Part shown: positions 1-12,349 of the stretch, one piece after another
How the letters are laid out: every line of letters starts with the position of its first letter
Numbering within the stretch: position 1 is the first letter of the stretch
Assembly: GCA_963796685.1 (NCBI GenBank)
Contig: CAWCMR010000008.1
Coordinates: 448,001 to 512,000, forward strand
Length of the DNA: 64,000 nucleotides
Source of the DNA: an uncultured delta proteobacterium
GTDB lineage: Bacteria > Myxococcota_A > Polyangia > Fen-1088
Direction of reading: 5' to 3'
The notes under the pieces: model-generated
What the model saw: only the letters and a program-made list of their open reading frames with translations
Told to the model about the DNA's origin: nothing
Databases searched by the model: none
Program-made: the position numbers and the translations under genes

Positions 1-1
1 C

Positions 2-796
2 GGCGACTCGACGGTCACGGACCGCTTGCGGTTGCGCACCACGCGCGCCGAGATCGACGGAAGGATCCTGGAAGCGCAACGCGGTGCCGATCTGGCGCGC
101 AGCGGCCTGCGTGCGCTCATCGGCCCCGACGCACCCGCCGACCTCGATGTGGATCCGGATCCGCTCGGCACCGTGACCATCCCCGATCGACCACTCAAGA
201 GATACGAAGAGGAGGCGCGATCATCCAGGCCCGAAGTCAAGGCCCTTGACAACATGGTGGCGTCCAAGCGGGCGCTGGCGGATCTCGAGTCACGCCGACA
301 GTACCCGGACATCGTTCTCATCGGCACGGCGGCCTACGCCTATGCCAGCAGCGTCGACACACCCCAGAACGCCTATATGAACGATCCCTTCCATGCGCTG
401 GGCGCGGGCATAGCGGCAGGGTTCCACATGCCGCTCGACCTGGGGGTGAAGAATGCGCGCGCGGCCAAGCTGCACGCCGAGGCCAAGGAGGCCGAGCAGA
501 GGCGCCGCGAAGCCCTGAGCGGAATCGTCTTCGAGGTCGAGAAGGCGCACACCGAGCTGATGGAAGCCGGCAAGCGAACCAAGGTCATGCAAAACGGCGA
601 GAAGGCGGGCAAGCAGTGGATCGCCGCCGTGGCCCAGGACATCGCCGTCGGCGTGAGCGAGGCCAAGGACTTCACCGATGCGCTGGTGGCCTTCTTCCAG
701 GCGCGCGTGCGTTACCTGCAAAGCATGTACGACTACAACGTGGCCGCCGCCGCCCTCACCCACGCCACCGGAGTCGACGTCACCGCCGCCCAGTAG
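2..796 (+). CDS. TolC-family outer membrane efflux protein (5'-truncated by window edge)
   Basis: Open frame from the window start. Helical OEP-repeat pattern (RPEVKAL...YPDI...MPLDLG...) ending in 'YNVAAAALTHATG'. Confidence 0.8.
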   Translation, partial: GDSTVTDRLRLRTTRAEIDGRILEAQRGADLARSGLRALIGPDAPADLDVDPDPLGTVTIPDRPLKRYEEEARSSRPEVKALDNMVASKRALADLESRRQYPDIVLIGTAAYAYASSVDTPQNAYMNDPFHALGAGIAAGFHMPLDLGVKNARAAKLHAEAKEAEQRRREALSGIVFEVEKAHTELMEAGKRTKVMQNGEKAGKQWIAAVAQDIAVGVSEAKDFTDALVAFFQARVRYLQSMYDYNVAAAALTHATGVDVTAAQ

Positions 797-801
797 CGGT
801 G

Positions 802-907
802 TTTCACCACAGAGACGCAGAGAGCGCAGAGGAAGAAGGGTTCGGATCCAAGATCCGGAAACCCATTCCTTTCCGACCCCCGTGCCCGCTGTGTCTCTGT
901 GGTGAAA
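802..907. repeat. Long inverted repeat / rod-like hairpin between convergent genes
   Basis: TTTCACCACAGAGACGCAG (802-820) pairs 18/19 with CTGTGTCTCTGTGGTGAAA (889-907). Nested inner stem CGGATC-caa-GATCCG. Confidence 0.85.
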
Positions 908-910
908 AAA

Positions 911-1648
911 CTAGATACCCAGGAACAGGCGCGTCCCGAAATTCGGTTCGAGGTCGGAAGCCAGGATCTTGCTGGCCGAGGTCTTGACGTCGTATTCGAC
1001 GCGTTTGTATTCGAAGGTCTTGGTGTCGCTGTCGTAGAGGGTGTAGCTGGCGCGCGGGTCGAAATCGCGCGGCTGCCCCACCGAGCCCACGCTGACGATG
1101 TATTTCCAGCCGTCGCGCAATTGGAACTTCAGGGTGACCACCTCTTGCGCGCCCTCGTGCTCGGGGTTGATGGCGAAGGCCTTGCACAGGTGCGAATGCC
1201 CGATCAGCGTGAGCTGCGGCAGGCGCTCCCAGATGCCCAGGCACTGCGCCGCCTGGTCGCGGGCGAAGATGTAATCGAACTCCTCGACGCTGACCGGCGA
1301 GCCGTGACAAAAGAGCACGTCGTTCTCGCGGAATTCGTAGGGCAGCGACTTGAGCCAGGCCATGTTCTCGGGCTCGAGCATCTGGGCGTGCTTGTCGAGC
1401 ACGTGGCGGGCGGCATGGTAGTAGTAGGAATAGTCCATCCGGCCCGACACGGCGGCATCGTGGTTGCCGAGAACGGTCTGGGCCACGGTGGCGCGCATGA
1501 GGTTGCAGGCTTCGTTGGGGCTGGCGCCATAGCCGACGGTGTCGCCGAGGCAAATGAACTTGTCCACGCTCTCGGACTCGAAAGCCTTCAGCACGGCTTC
1601 GAGAGCCTCGATGTTCGCGTGTGTATCGGAAAGGATGCCGTAGCGCAT
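911..1648 (-). CDS. Calcineurin-like metallophosphoesterase family protein
   Basis: Motifs SDTH, LGDTVGYG, GNHD, HGSP, GHSH and VGSVGQPRD. Start placed at MRYGILSD. Confidence 0.92.
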   Translation of the reverse strand: MRYGILSDTHANIEALEAVLKAFESESVDKFICLGDTVGYGASPNEACNLMRATVAQTVLGNHDAAVSGRMDYSYYYHAARHVLDKHAQMLEPENMAWLKSLPYEFRENDVLFCHGSPVSVEEFDYIFARDQAAQCLGIWERLPQLTLIGHSHLCKAFAINPEHEGAQEVVTLKFQLRDGWKYIVSVGSVGQPRDFDPRASYTLYDSDTKTFEYKRVEYDVKTSASKILASDLEPNFGTRLFLGI

Positions 1649-1723
1649 CGACCAGGCACTATAGCAGGAAGATTTCCTCGTCGCCGGGATCAACTGTCCT
1701 CATGTTAGAAGCAGGTCTTCGCC

Positions 1724-4700
1724 ATGCCCTCCGTCGTGCTGTCGTGTTTCTTCCTTTCCGGCGCCTCGGGTCTCATCCTCGAAGCTCCTGTGGACGCGCA
1801 TGCTGACGCTCGTCTTCGGCTCGACGGCCCTGGCCGTGTCGACGGTGCTGACCGCGTACATGGGCGGCCTCGGGCTCGGCTCGTACCTGGCGGGCAAGAT
1901 CAGCGACCGGCTCAAGGAGCCCGTGCGTGCCTACGCGTTGGCCGAGGCGGCCATCGGTCTCTACGCGCTGTCCGTGCCGTGGATCATCGGCTACTACCCG
2001 GGGCTCAACCAGTGGCTGTGGTCGACCTTCGGCGACCGCTACACCTTGCTCTCCGTCCTGCGCTTCTTCGCCTCGGCCGGGCTGCTCATCGTGCCGACCA
2101 CGCTCATGGGCGCGACCTTGCCGATCCTGGCCCGCTATTTCGTCTCGCGTCCCTACGAGCTTGGCCGCGTCAGCCTGCGCCTCGGGACGCTGTACGCGGT
2201 CAATTTGTTCGGTGCCGTGGCCGGCTCCTTCATGGCCGGCTTCATTTTCCTGCCCATGATCGGGATCCGCCACACCAACCTGGTGGCGGCCAGCTTCGAC
2301 ATGTCGCTGGCGGTCGCCATCCTGGTCGCGCGACGCCTGATGCCGGCCGGAAAGACGATCCGGGTCAATGAATCGCTCGACGAGCTTGCGGCGGCGCAAA
2401 AGGCCGCCGCCGGGGGCCCCGCGACTGCCCTGCCTGCCATTTCGCCCGCGGCCCGGCGCGTCGTGCTTCTCGCCTTCGCCGTCTCCGGCGCAACGGCCAT
2501 GACCTTGCAGGTGCTGTGGACGCGCGCCCTGGCCGTGATCATCGGCTCGTCCATCTTCTCGTTCACCATCATCCTGCTCGCGTTTCTCATCGGGCTCGGC
2601 GCTGGCTCGGCGGTCTTCGGCCGGCTGGTCACGCGTTTCCGCGATCCGGTGCGCGGGCTCGCCCTTACCCACCTCGGCATCGTCCTGTGCATCGGGCTGT
2701 CGTATCTCATCACCGATCGACTGCCCTTCGTCTTCACCTACTTGCTGTCCTCGACCATGGTCAGCTCCGACGCGGTCCTGACCTGCCAATTCGCCCTCGC
2801 CTGCCTCGCCGTTCTGCCCTCCACGTTCCTGATGGGCGCCATCTTTCCCATCACCGTGCGCGTGGTGACGGGAAATCTCGGCACCGTGGGCCGCGACGTC
2901 GGCTTCGCCTACGCCCTCAACACCGTGGGCGCCATCATCGGCTCGTTCTTTTCCGGCTTCGTGATCTTGCCCAGTCTCGGGCTGCAGCGGGGAATTTACC
3001 TGGCCGCGGTCGTCGACCTGGCCTTGGCCGCCCTGCTCTTTTCCGTTGCGTCCAGCCTGCCGCGCGCGCGCCGGATGATCGGGATGGCCACCGCGGTGGC
3101 CATGGCCCTGGCGGCCCTGGTGCTTCCCCGCTGGAACCTGACCAGCTTCTCCATCGGGTTCTTCCGCATCTCCATGGCCCGCGACTACATCGACATGGTC
3201 GAGCACCGCCACCAGAAGAAGAAATGGCAGACGCCCAAGCTGGTTTATTACAAGGACGGCATCGCCACCACGGTGTCGGTGGACCAGTGGGGCAAGGTGT
3301 TCTCCCTCAAGAACAACGGCAAGGTCGATGCCTCGAACGACGCCGACATGCCCACGCAGATCAGCGTCGGCCTCTTGCCGCTTCTCCTCTATGGCGGGGA
3401 TCACGCGCCCAAGGTCGCCCTCATCGGCTACGGCTCGGGCGTCACGGCCGGCGCCACCACCCAGTACCCCATCGCCAGCCTGGAGGTCGTCGAGCTGGAG
3501 CCGGCCATCTACGAGGCCGCGCACTTCTTCGACAATGTGAACCATCGCCCCACGGAGAATCCGAAGGTCAAGGCCATCGCGGGCGACGGGCGCAATTTCC
3601 TCTCCCAGCGTCGCGATCTTTACGACGTCATCATCAGCCAGCCGTCCAATCCCTGGATCACGGGCGTCTCGAACCTGTTCACGCGCGAGTACTTCCAGTC
3701 CGTCAAGTCGCGCCTGGCCGACGATGGCATCTTCTGCCAATGGGCGCAGCTCTACGAGATGGCGCCCTGGAACATCAAGGCCATCTACCGCACCTTGACC
3801 GAGGAGTTTCCCTACGTGATGGTCTTCGCGGCCGAGGATCTGTCCTCGGACACCATCCTCATCGCCAGCCGAAAGCCCATCGATCTCGACATCCGCAAGA
3901 TCGCGCGCGCCTTCAAGAACCCGGCAACCGCAGCCGAGGCCAAGCGCGCCGGCTTCGATTCGCCGCACGACGTGCCCGCCTTCGTGCTGCTCGGTCCCGA
4001 AGAGCTGCACTCATTCGTCGCCGGCGCGCAGCTCAACACCGACGACAACGCCCTCATCGAATTCGCGGCGCCGCGCGATCTGCTGCGCTACCAGGCCTAC
4101 GATCCCTACCTGGCCAAAGTGTACGGTCCCATGTGGCCTTACGGGCACCTGACGGGCGTGGTCGAAGGCTACGACGGCGCAACGCGCGCCTCGGACATGG
4201 CCCACCTGGCGCGCAGCCTGCTGGCCCATGGCAAGGCGCGCGAGGCCAAGCTGTGGCAAGGCCGCGCCGAGGCCGCGGCGGACAAGAACGCGGCCAACCC
4301 CGATGTGGCCCACACGCGCCTGCTGCTCGAATTGGTGGCGACCCGCGAGGATCGCGATCCCGAGATTCCCCTCGCCCCCGAGGACGGCCTTGTGCCCCCG
4401 GTCATCCCGCCCGACCTGTCGGCCGAAATCGCGACGCGCGTGCGCGAGGAGTACGTGGACGTCACAGCCCAGGTCGAGAAGAACAAGTACGCCGGCGCCT
4501 TCAAGATGATCGAGGATTGGCCGGAACAGACCTGGGGCGGGAAGCTCGGCAAGGACTTCTCTTTGCTCACCGGTTTTCTCGACTACAAGGCGGAGTTCTA
4601 TGGCGACGCCATCGACGAATTGAAGCCGCTGGCCGACAACGCCGAGCTCGCCAAGCGGCGGCCCGAGCTGCTCTACTACCTCGGGCGCTCGTACTTCGCC

Positions 4701-4832
4701 AACGCCAACTGTGCCAAGGCGGTGGCGGCGCTCGAACGCTACATCGTGGCGCAAGAAGCGCTGGGACGGCCCGTCTTACCGGCGTCGGCCCAAGCAGACG
4801 AAGGGGACGAAGCGGACGGAGCGGAAAAGTAA
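1724..4832 (+). CDS. Fused MFS-like membrane domain / spermidine synthase-like protein with C-terminal TPR-like region; apparent +1 frameshift near 1783
   Basis: MPSVVLSCFFLSGASGLILE joins LLWTRMLTLVFGST if one base of 'gaag' is removed. Many TM helices, SAM-type motif LIGYGSGVT, VVELEP, GDGRNFL and YDVIISQPSNPW. Confidence 0.88.
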
Positions 4833-4863
4833 CAAACCACCACGTCGGTGGTACCATGAGTCC

Positions 4864-5859
4864 GTGGCCAAGCAGCGCGCCAGACCTCCATCCGCCCGCG
4901 GCCGAACCAGGGGCCGAGAAAAGGCCGCCGCCAAGCCGCGGCCTGAGCCGCCCCGCACGGTGGTGGGCGTCGGACTGGCCACCGTCGATCTTCTCTTCGT
5001 TTCCCCGCGCATCGACGAACGGCTGGTCGATGCCTCGGTCTTCAGCATGCAGGCCGGCGGTTCGGCTTCGAACATGCTGGCCGCCCTGGCCGTCCTGGGG
5101 GCAAAGACGCGCTTCTTCGGCCGCATCGCCGACGACGAGCACGGCCACTTCATCCTGCGCAGCATGCAGAACCTGCGCATCGACACCTCCATGCTCATGG
5201 TCGAAAAGGACAAGGTCTCGCCGGTGTCCATTCTGCAAATCGACGAGCTTACGCGACGGCGCAAGATCTTGCGCTCGCGTGGCAACGTCACCCCGCTGTC
5301 GCCGCGCGATCTGCCGGCCGGCTTGCTCGGCGACGCGGCCATGTTGCTCATCGACGGCACCCAACCGGCCGTGCAGGCCGCCATCGCCGAGAAGGCGCGC
5401 GACAAGGGCATCAAGGTGCTGCTCAACGCCAGCCAGCTCTCGGGCGGGATGGGCGAGCTGCTCTCGCTCTCGGACATCGTCATCGGTTCGGAGCGGTTCG
5501 CCCACGAGCTGGCCCCTTCCGACAACATGGGCGACAGCCTGCGCGAAATCCTCAATCTGGGTCCGCGCATCGCGCTCATCACCATGGGTGAAACCGGCGT
5601 GGTCGGATTGGAGGGCAGCAAGCTGGTCGAGCAGGAAGCCCTGGACGTGTTCGTGGCCGACACGTCGGGCGCCGGAGATGCCTTCGCGGGCGCCTTCGCT
5701 TTCGCCCAGCTGCACGGCTGGCCCCTGGAAAAGGCGGTGCCCTTCGCCAACGCCGCCGCCGGCCTGGTGTGCCGCAGTATCGGCGCGCGCTCCGCGCTAC
5801 CCACGGTGGAGGAGATCGTCGCGGCGATGGACGGCGCTCAGCCCGGCCCGAAATCCTGA
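4864..5859 (+). CDS. PfkB/ribokinase-family carbohydrate kinase
   Basis: VGVGLATVD, GGSASN and C-terminal DTSGAGDAFAGAF signature. Start codon (GTG) uncertain. Confidence 0.9.
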   Translation: MAKQRARPPSARGRTRGREKAAAKPRPEPPRTVVGVGLATVDLLFVSPRIDERLVDASVFSMQAGGSASNMLAALAVLGAKTRFFGRIADDEHGHFILRSMQNLRIDTSMLMVEKDKVSPVSILQIDELTRRRKILRSRGNVTPLSPRDLPAGLLGDAAMLLIDGTQPAVQAAIAEKARDKGIKVLLNASQLSGGMGELLSLSDIVIGSERFAHELAPSDNMGDSLREILNLGPRIALITMGETGVVGLEGSKLVEQEALDVFVADTSGAGDAFAGAFAFAQLHGWPLEKAVPFANAAAGLVCRSIGARSALPTVEEIVAAMDGAQPGPKS

Positions 5860-5895
5860 CGCAGACGACACTTCAGGTGCGGGAACAGCAGCCCG

Positions 5896-6135
5896 CTACT
5901 GCTTGCTCGGCTCGGCCGGCACTGCGGGCATGCCTGGCACGAAATGCTGCGGAAAAGCCTGGAAGCCCCACTGGGCGGTCAGCCGCTTGGTGAAATCCGA
6001 CAGCTCGCCCACGCTCAGGTTGCTGAGATAGTTGGCGACCTGCTCGCGAGAAGGTGGCATGCGGCGGCCCAACACGAGGCCGAGGATGAGTCCCGCCACC
6101 AGACTGATGACCGAGGTAATGAATAGGCGTTTCAT
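5896..6135 (-). CDS. Small single-TM protein with a ribosomal L7/L12 N-terminal-domain-like segment
   Basis: MKR plus hydrophobic helix, then SREQVANYLSNLSVGELSDFTKRLTAQWG and a Pro/Ala tail. RBS-like AGGAAG upstream. Confidence 0.7.
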   Translation of the reverse strand: MKRLFITSVISLVAGLILGLVLGRRMPPSREQVANYLSNLSVGELSDFTKRLTAQWGFQAFPQHFVPGMPAVPAEPSKQ

Positions 6136-6263
6136 GGGCTTCCTTCGTCCTTGGGTGTGCGTCGCGATTGGGCTCGATGCTAGCACGCGGACCGAGCACC
6201 AAGCACCATCCGCATCGTGTTGCCTCTTTTGGGTTTTGGACCGAGTTGTGCCAATCTCCTGGC

Positions 6264-6707
6264 ATGGCCTTGAGCCGAGAGCTTCCCTCGAATGTCGTTC
6301 TACTCGTCCTGCGCGCCGTGGTGGGCGTCAACATGGCCTGCCTGCACGGCTGGGACAAATTGCACCACTTCAGCTCCAGGCTGGGCAGCGTCCCCGATCC
6401 CTTCGGCATGGGGCCCAAGTATGCCCTGATGGTCGCCGTGGTCGGGGAATTGTTCGGCGGCGTCCTGCTCGCCACAGGCTTGCTCGGCCGCGCGGGCGCG
6501 TTCCTGGTCGCCTTCATGTCCGCCGTGACCCTCTCCTCGACCCTTCACGGCTCCCCCTGGCACGAGCGCGAGCTGTGGGGACTCTACCTCGCCGCCAGTT
6601 TGACGGTTCTCCTGCTCGGCTGCGGGCGCTATTCTCTCGATACCGTGGTCTGGAAGAAGCTCGGCAAGGGCGGCGGAAAAGGCGCGCCCGCGCCGTCGAA
6701 GAAGTAG
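6264..6707 (+). CDS. DoxX-family membrane protein
   Basis: LRAVVG...HGWDKL...ELFGGVLLATGLLGR...GCGRYSLD pattern with four TM segments. Confidence 0.9.
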   Translation: MALSRELPSNVVLLVLRAVVGVNMACLHGWDKLHHFSSRLGSVPDPFGMGPKYALMVAVVGELFGGVLLATGLLGRAGAFLVAFMSAVTLSSTLHGSPWHERELWGLYLAASLTVLLLGCGRYSLDTVVWKKLGKGGGKGAPAPSKK

Positions 6708-6720
6708 TCACCGGCCTCGA

Positions 6721-9069
6721 TCATCTGCGCGCGCTCACGAAGATGTCGGGCTTGGGCGGATCGGCCATGCCGGCGCCGATGTGGAAACCGACGTGCGGAG
6801 GCTGGTTGTAGCTCGATTGCTCGAAGGAGACCTGCGCTCGGTAGGTCGGATCGTGCATGAGGGTGTAGATTCTGCGCTTGGTCACATCCGTGGTGGTGTA
6901 CACGCGCAGGGCCGAGCTGTTCGATTCGCGCAACACGAGCTCCTCGCGCCAGTCGCCGAGCAGGTCGGCCGTGAGGGTCGGCGTGGACTTGGTGCCGTTG
7001 TTCGAGGCGCACCCGCTCGCGCTGAGCAAAGTCCCACCTCCGGACTTGGTGATCGACGTGTCGCTCTCCAGCTCGCGCGCCTCGTCGGCGTCCCAATAGA
7101 TGAGGAAGTTGCTGCCGGCGTTGCCGCTGACCGTGGTGCCGGTGCCACAGTTGACGTTCCCGCCCGTCGAGCTCGAGCAAGTCGCGGCGGTGAGGTCGTT
7201 CATGGTCACGTACTCGGCGACGCCGCGGCCGGTGTCGGTGTCGGCCTTCGTGATGTTGAAGTAGAACGCGCAGGTGGCGCCGTCGTGGCAATCCATGCCG
7301 CCCGCGGACTCGTGGACCGTGAACACCGAGATCCCTTTGCCTTTGACCAGCTCCCCGACGTGCATGGCGTCGCCATGGCCGAGCCCCGTGGTGCACTTGA
7401 GGGTTCCGTCGCTGCCGATGGTCGAGGCGCCGGTGATGATCTCCTGCGCCCCGTCGCCATCCACATCCGCAGCCATCGCCGAGTGATCCCCCTGGCCGGC
7501 GGCTTTGCCGTTTCCGGAGCCGTCGCTGTCGAAGGTCCAGAGCTTCGACAAAGCTCCATCGCGCCAATTGTAGGCCGATACCGTCAGGCGCGTGTAGTAC
7601 CCGCGCTGCTGGATGATGCTGGGCCGCCCGGTCGCGGTCTTGCCGCTGCCCGTGTCGCTCACGAATGCGAAGCCGCCATTGTAGCGGTCGAGTCGGTTGC
7701 CGTACGAATCGCCCCAGCTCGACACCGTCCCGCGCGGCACGGGATAGCTCACGGTCGACAGCTCCTTGCCGGTGGCCCCATCGAAGACGGTCAAGTACTC
7801 GGGCCCGGTAAGGATGTAGCCATCCGAATTGGCGTACTTGGCGCTATCGTCGTCGCTGGCGGCCGGGCCCTTGCTCAAATACGCGCCCGTGCCGTCCTTG
7901 GTGCCCGGCGCCGTCTTGCACGCCACCTCGGCCTTGCCATCGCCATCGAAGTCGTACACCGAGAATTGCGTGTAGTGTGCCCCAGCGCGAATGTTCGGCC
8001 CCAAGTCGATGCGCCACAGGCGCTTACCCGCCAGGGTGTAGCCGTCCAGAAAGACGTTCGAGGTGACACCAGATTGAGAATTGTCCTTCGCATCCGACGG
8101 ATCCCATTTGAGCACGATGTCGTAGATGCCGTCGCCGTCCAGGTCTCCGGGACTGCCGTCGTTCGCGCTGTAGCTCGCCCCCGACGGGCTGTTGGCGGGC
8201 ACGTCGAGCGGAATGCGAAGATAGTCCTGTGCCCAGGTCGTCACCGAAGGCGACTGCGCGCACTCGGTTCCGTCGATGACAGCGGCCACGGTGTAGGTCG
8301 AGCTGGCGGAGCCGCCGGCATCGAGATAGTTGGTGCTGTCGGTGGCCGTGGCAAGCTTGGTGCCGCCCCGATACACGTTGTACGCGATGCTGCCGGGGCT
8401 GGTCGGATTGTACTCGTACCCCATCATGCGCCAGCCCACGTAAACGCCGCCCGTGACCTTCACGGCCACCACGCCGCGATCGAGGTCTTCCATCTGGAAG
8501 TGCCCGGTCGTGGGCGGAACGCAGGATCCGGCCTGCTTCGTGCCGCCCGCGCCAGAGCTGCCACCGCTCCCACCGCTCGCTCCGCCGGTCGTCGTGTCGA
8601 GACCACCGGCTGCCGTGGCTCTTCCACTGGCTGCCATCCCGCCACCCGTCGCGCTCGCCACACCGCCGGTCGCCGTGGCGGTGCCACCGCTTCCGGACGT
8701 CGCCGGCGCGTCGACGAACGTATCCCTGGGCGCGGCATCGGCGGTCGTGGAGGCTCCACCCGCCCCACCCATGGTGCTGGGCAGGCTGGTGCCCGCGCCC
8801 CCCCTGCCGCCCATCGCGGTCGCGCCACCCGCCCCCCCCATGCTCGACGTCGAGCCCCCCATCGAGGTGGTCGTGGACACGCCGGATCCTCCGGCCCCGC
8901 TCGTCCCCGGGTGGGTGGCGCCCCCCGCGCCCGAGACCGTAGTGCCGCCGCCCGCTCCGGGCGTCGTGGCCCCCTTGCCCGTGGAATCGCAAGCCCCGAT
9001 CAGGAAGCTTGCCCCCAGAAGCGCCAGGAATATTCCTCGGGGCGTCGAGATTCTCCGAATCGCGCTCAT
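6721..9069 (-). CDS. Rhamnogalacturonan lyase, PL11 (YesW/YesX-like), lipoprotein with Gly/Thr-rich linker
   Basis: Lipobox LIGAC, MEDLDRGVVAV, WRIDLGPNIRAGAHYTQF, GHGDAMH, ADLLGDWREE and TLMHDPTYR...YNQPPH. Confidence 0.93.
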   Translation of the reverse strand: MSAIRRISTPRGIFLALLGASFLIGACDSTGKGATTPGAGGGTTVSGAGGATHPGTSGAGGSGVSTTTSMGGSTSSMGGAGGATAMGGRGGAGTSLPSTMGGAGGASTTADAAPRDTFVDAPATSGSGGTATATGGVASATGGGMAASGRATAAGGLDTTTGGASGGSGGSSGAGGTKQAGSCVPPTTGHFQMEDLDRGVVAVKVTGGVYVGWRMMGYEYNPTSPGSIAYNVYRGGTKLATATDSTNYLDAGGSASSTYTVAAVIDGTECAQSPSVTTWAQDYLRIPLDVPANSPSGASYSANDGSPGDLDGDGIYDIVLKWDPSDAKDNSQSGVTSNVFLDGYTLAGKRLWRIDLGPNIRAGAHYTQFSVYDFDGDGKAEVACKTAPGTKDGTGAYLSKGPAASDDDSAKYANSDGYILTGPEYLTVFDGATGKELSTVSYPVPRGTVSSWGDSYGNRLDRYNGGFAFVSDTGSGKTATGRPSIIQQRGYYTRLTVSAYNWRDGALSKLWTFDSDGSGNGKAAGQGDHSAMAADVDGDGAQEIITGASTIGSDGTLKCTTGLGHGDAMHVGELVKGKGISVFTVHESAGGMDCHDGATCAFYFNITKADTDTGRGVAEYVTMNDLTAATCSSSTGGNVNCGTGTTVSGNAGSNFLIYWDADEARELESDTSITKSGGGTLLSASGCASNNGTKSTPTLTADLLGDWREELVLRESNSSALRVYTTTDVTKRRIYTLMHDPTYRAQVSFEQSSYNQPPHVGFHIGAGMADPPKPDIFVSARR

Positions 9070-9218
9070 CGCTTCCTCCGTACATTCAACCTATTACGTG
9101 CCTGTTATCTTAATTTGACCGAACGGAAATGCAGTGACCCGTGCGCTCTGCGCGGCTCACTCCCGACGTCGATATCTCGACCCCGTGTCCCTCGTCGCGG
9201 TTTGACCCTAATGCCGCC

Positions 9219-10391
9219 ATGGAAACCGCCCTATTCCCGTCAGGCAACTTTCACGGCCCGGATCCGAGAACCCTTGGCATGCGCGACACACAGTCCTCCC
9301 CCAGCCAAGCAACCCTTCCGGCCCTTCAAGCCCCGGCCTTGCACGCCCCGGCCTTGCACGCGATAATCGGCCAGGCTCCCGCGCTTCGCCTCGTCCTCGG
9401 CCAGGCCGCACGTGTTGCACGCACACGCTTTCCCGTCCTGGTCACGGGGGAAAGCGGTACCGGCAAGGAGCTGCTCGCCCGCGCCTTGCACGACATGAGC
9501 CCGGTCGCATCCGGACCGTTCGTGGCCGTGAACTGTGGCGCCCTATCACGTGAGCTGGCCGAGAGCGAGCTCTTCGGACACGAGCGCGGCGCTTTCACCG
9601 GCGCCGGCGCACGCAAGCTGGGTTGGTTCGAAGAGGCCACAGGTGGCACCCTGGTGCTCGACGAGATCGGCGAGCTGCCCATCGATTTGCAACCCAAGCT
9701 TCTGCGTGTGCTCGAAACCGGCCGCCTGCGCCGGCTGGGTGGGCAAGGCGAGATCGCCGTCAACGCGAGAGTCGTGGCGCTCACCCTGCGCGATCTGCGC
9801 CGCGATGCCAGCCGCGGCCTCTTCCGTCTCGACCTCTACCATCGTCTGGCGGGGTGCGAGTTACGCATGCCCACCCTGCGCGAACGGCGCAGCGACATCG
9901 TCCTTTTGGTCGAGCACTTTCTCGCCGAGCTCGCGCCCGAGCTTGGCCCGCGCACCATCGAGGCGGAAGCCATGGCGCGCCTTTTGGCGCACGATTGGCC
10001 AGGCAACGTGCGCGAGCTGCGCAACACCCTGAGACGGGCGGCCGCGCTCAGCGATACCGTCATCGACGGCTTCGCGCTCGAGAGCGAGGCGTCGATCGCT
10101 CCGCCATCGGCCTGCGAGATTCGGCTCGCCTCGCACGCCGCGGACGCGCCGTCGGTCATGCCACCGGCAGCAGCCCTACGCGCGCGTTTGCCGACGGGTG
10201 GCGGCGAGGACGTTCTTTTCCTCGCGGGCAAGACTTTCGAAGAAATGCAAAATACCATCTTCGTTTGGGCTTTGCGGCGAAGTCGCGGCAGCCGCAGGCA
10301 GGCCGCCAAGTCCCTCGGTGTCTCGCGCTCGACCTTTTGCGACCGCGTCCGCAGGCTCGGGCTGGCCGAGGCCGACAAACAGCTCCGCTAG
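9219..10391 (+). CDS. Sigma-54-dependent enhancer-binding protein (AAA+ plus Fis-type HTH) without an N-terminal sensor domain
   Basis: [37 protein letters not shown] and C-terminal [11 protein letters not shown]. Start uncertain. Confidence 0.9.
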   Translation: METALFPSGNFHGPDPRTLGMRDTQSSPSQATLPALQAPALHAPALHAIIGQAPALRLVLGQAARVARTRFPVLVTGESGTGKELLARALHDMSPVASGPFVAVNCGALSRELAESELFGHERGAFTGAGARKLGWFEEATGGTLVLDEIGELPIDLQPKLLRVLETGRLRRLGGQGEIAVNARVVALTLRDLRRDASRGLFRLDLYHRLAGCELRMPTLRERRSDIVLLVEHFLAELAPELGPRTIEAEAMARLLAHDWPGNVRELRNTLRRAAALSDTVIDGFALESEASIAPPSACEIRLASHAADAPSVMPPAAALRARLPTGGGEDVLFLAGKTFEEMQNTIFVWALRRSRGSRRQAAKSLGVSRSTFCDRVRRLGLAEADKQLR

Positions 10392-10465
10392 CAAACATCA
10401 ACCACGCACCCATCCGCACTCAAGCCGCCGTCGTCTCATGCCGATGGAGACAGCGGATGTGACCC

Positions 10466-12335
<1,870 letters not shown>

Positions 12336-12349
<14 letters not shown>

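Noticed and set aside
1773-6031. Very long alternative-frame and antisense ORFs (e.g. 2516-6031 +, 1773-4010 -, 50665-53658 +, 46785-48659 +)
   Set aside because: Arg/Pro/Gly-rich shadows of real genes caused by high GC3 codon bias, with no recognisable motifs.
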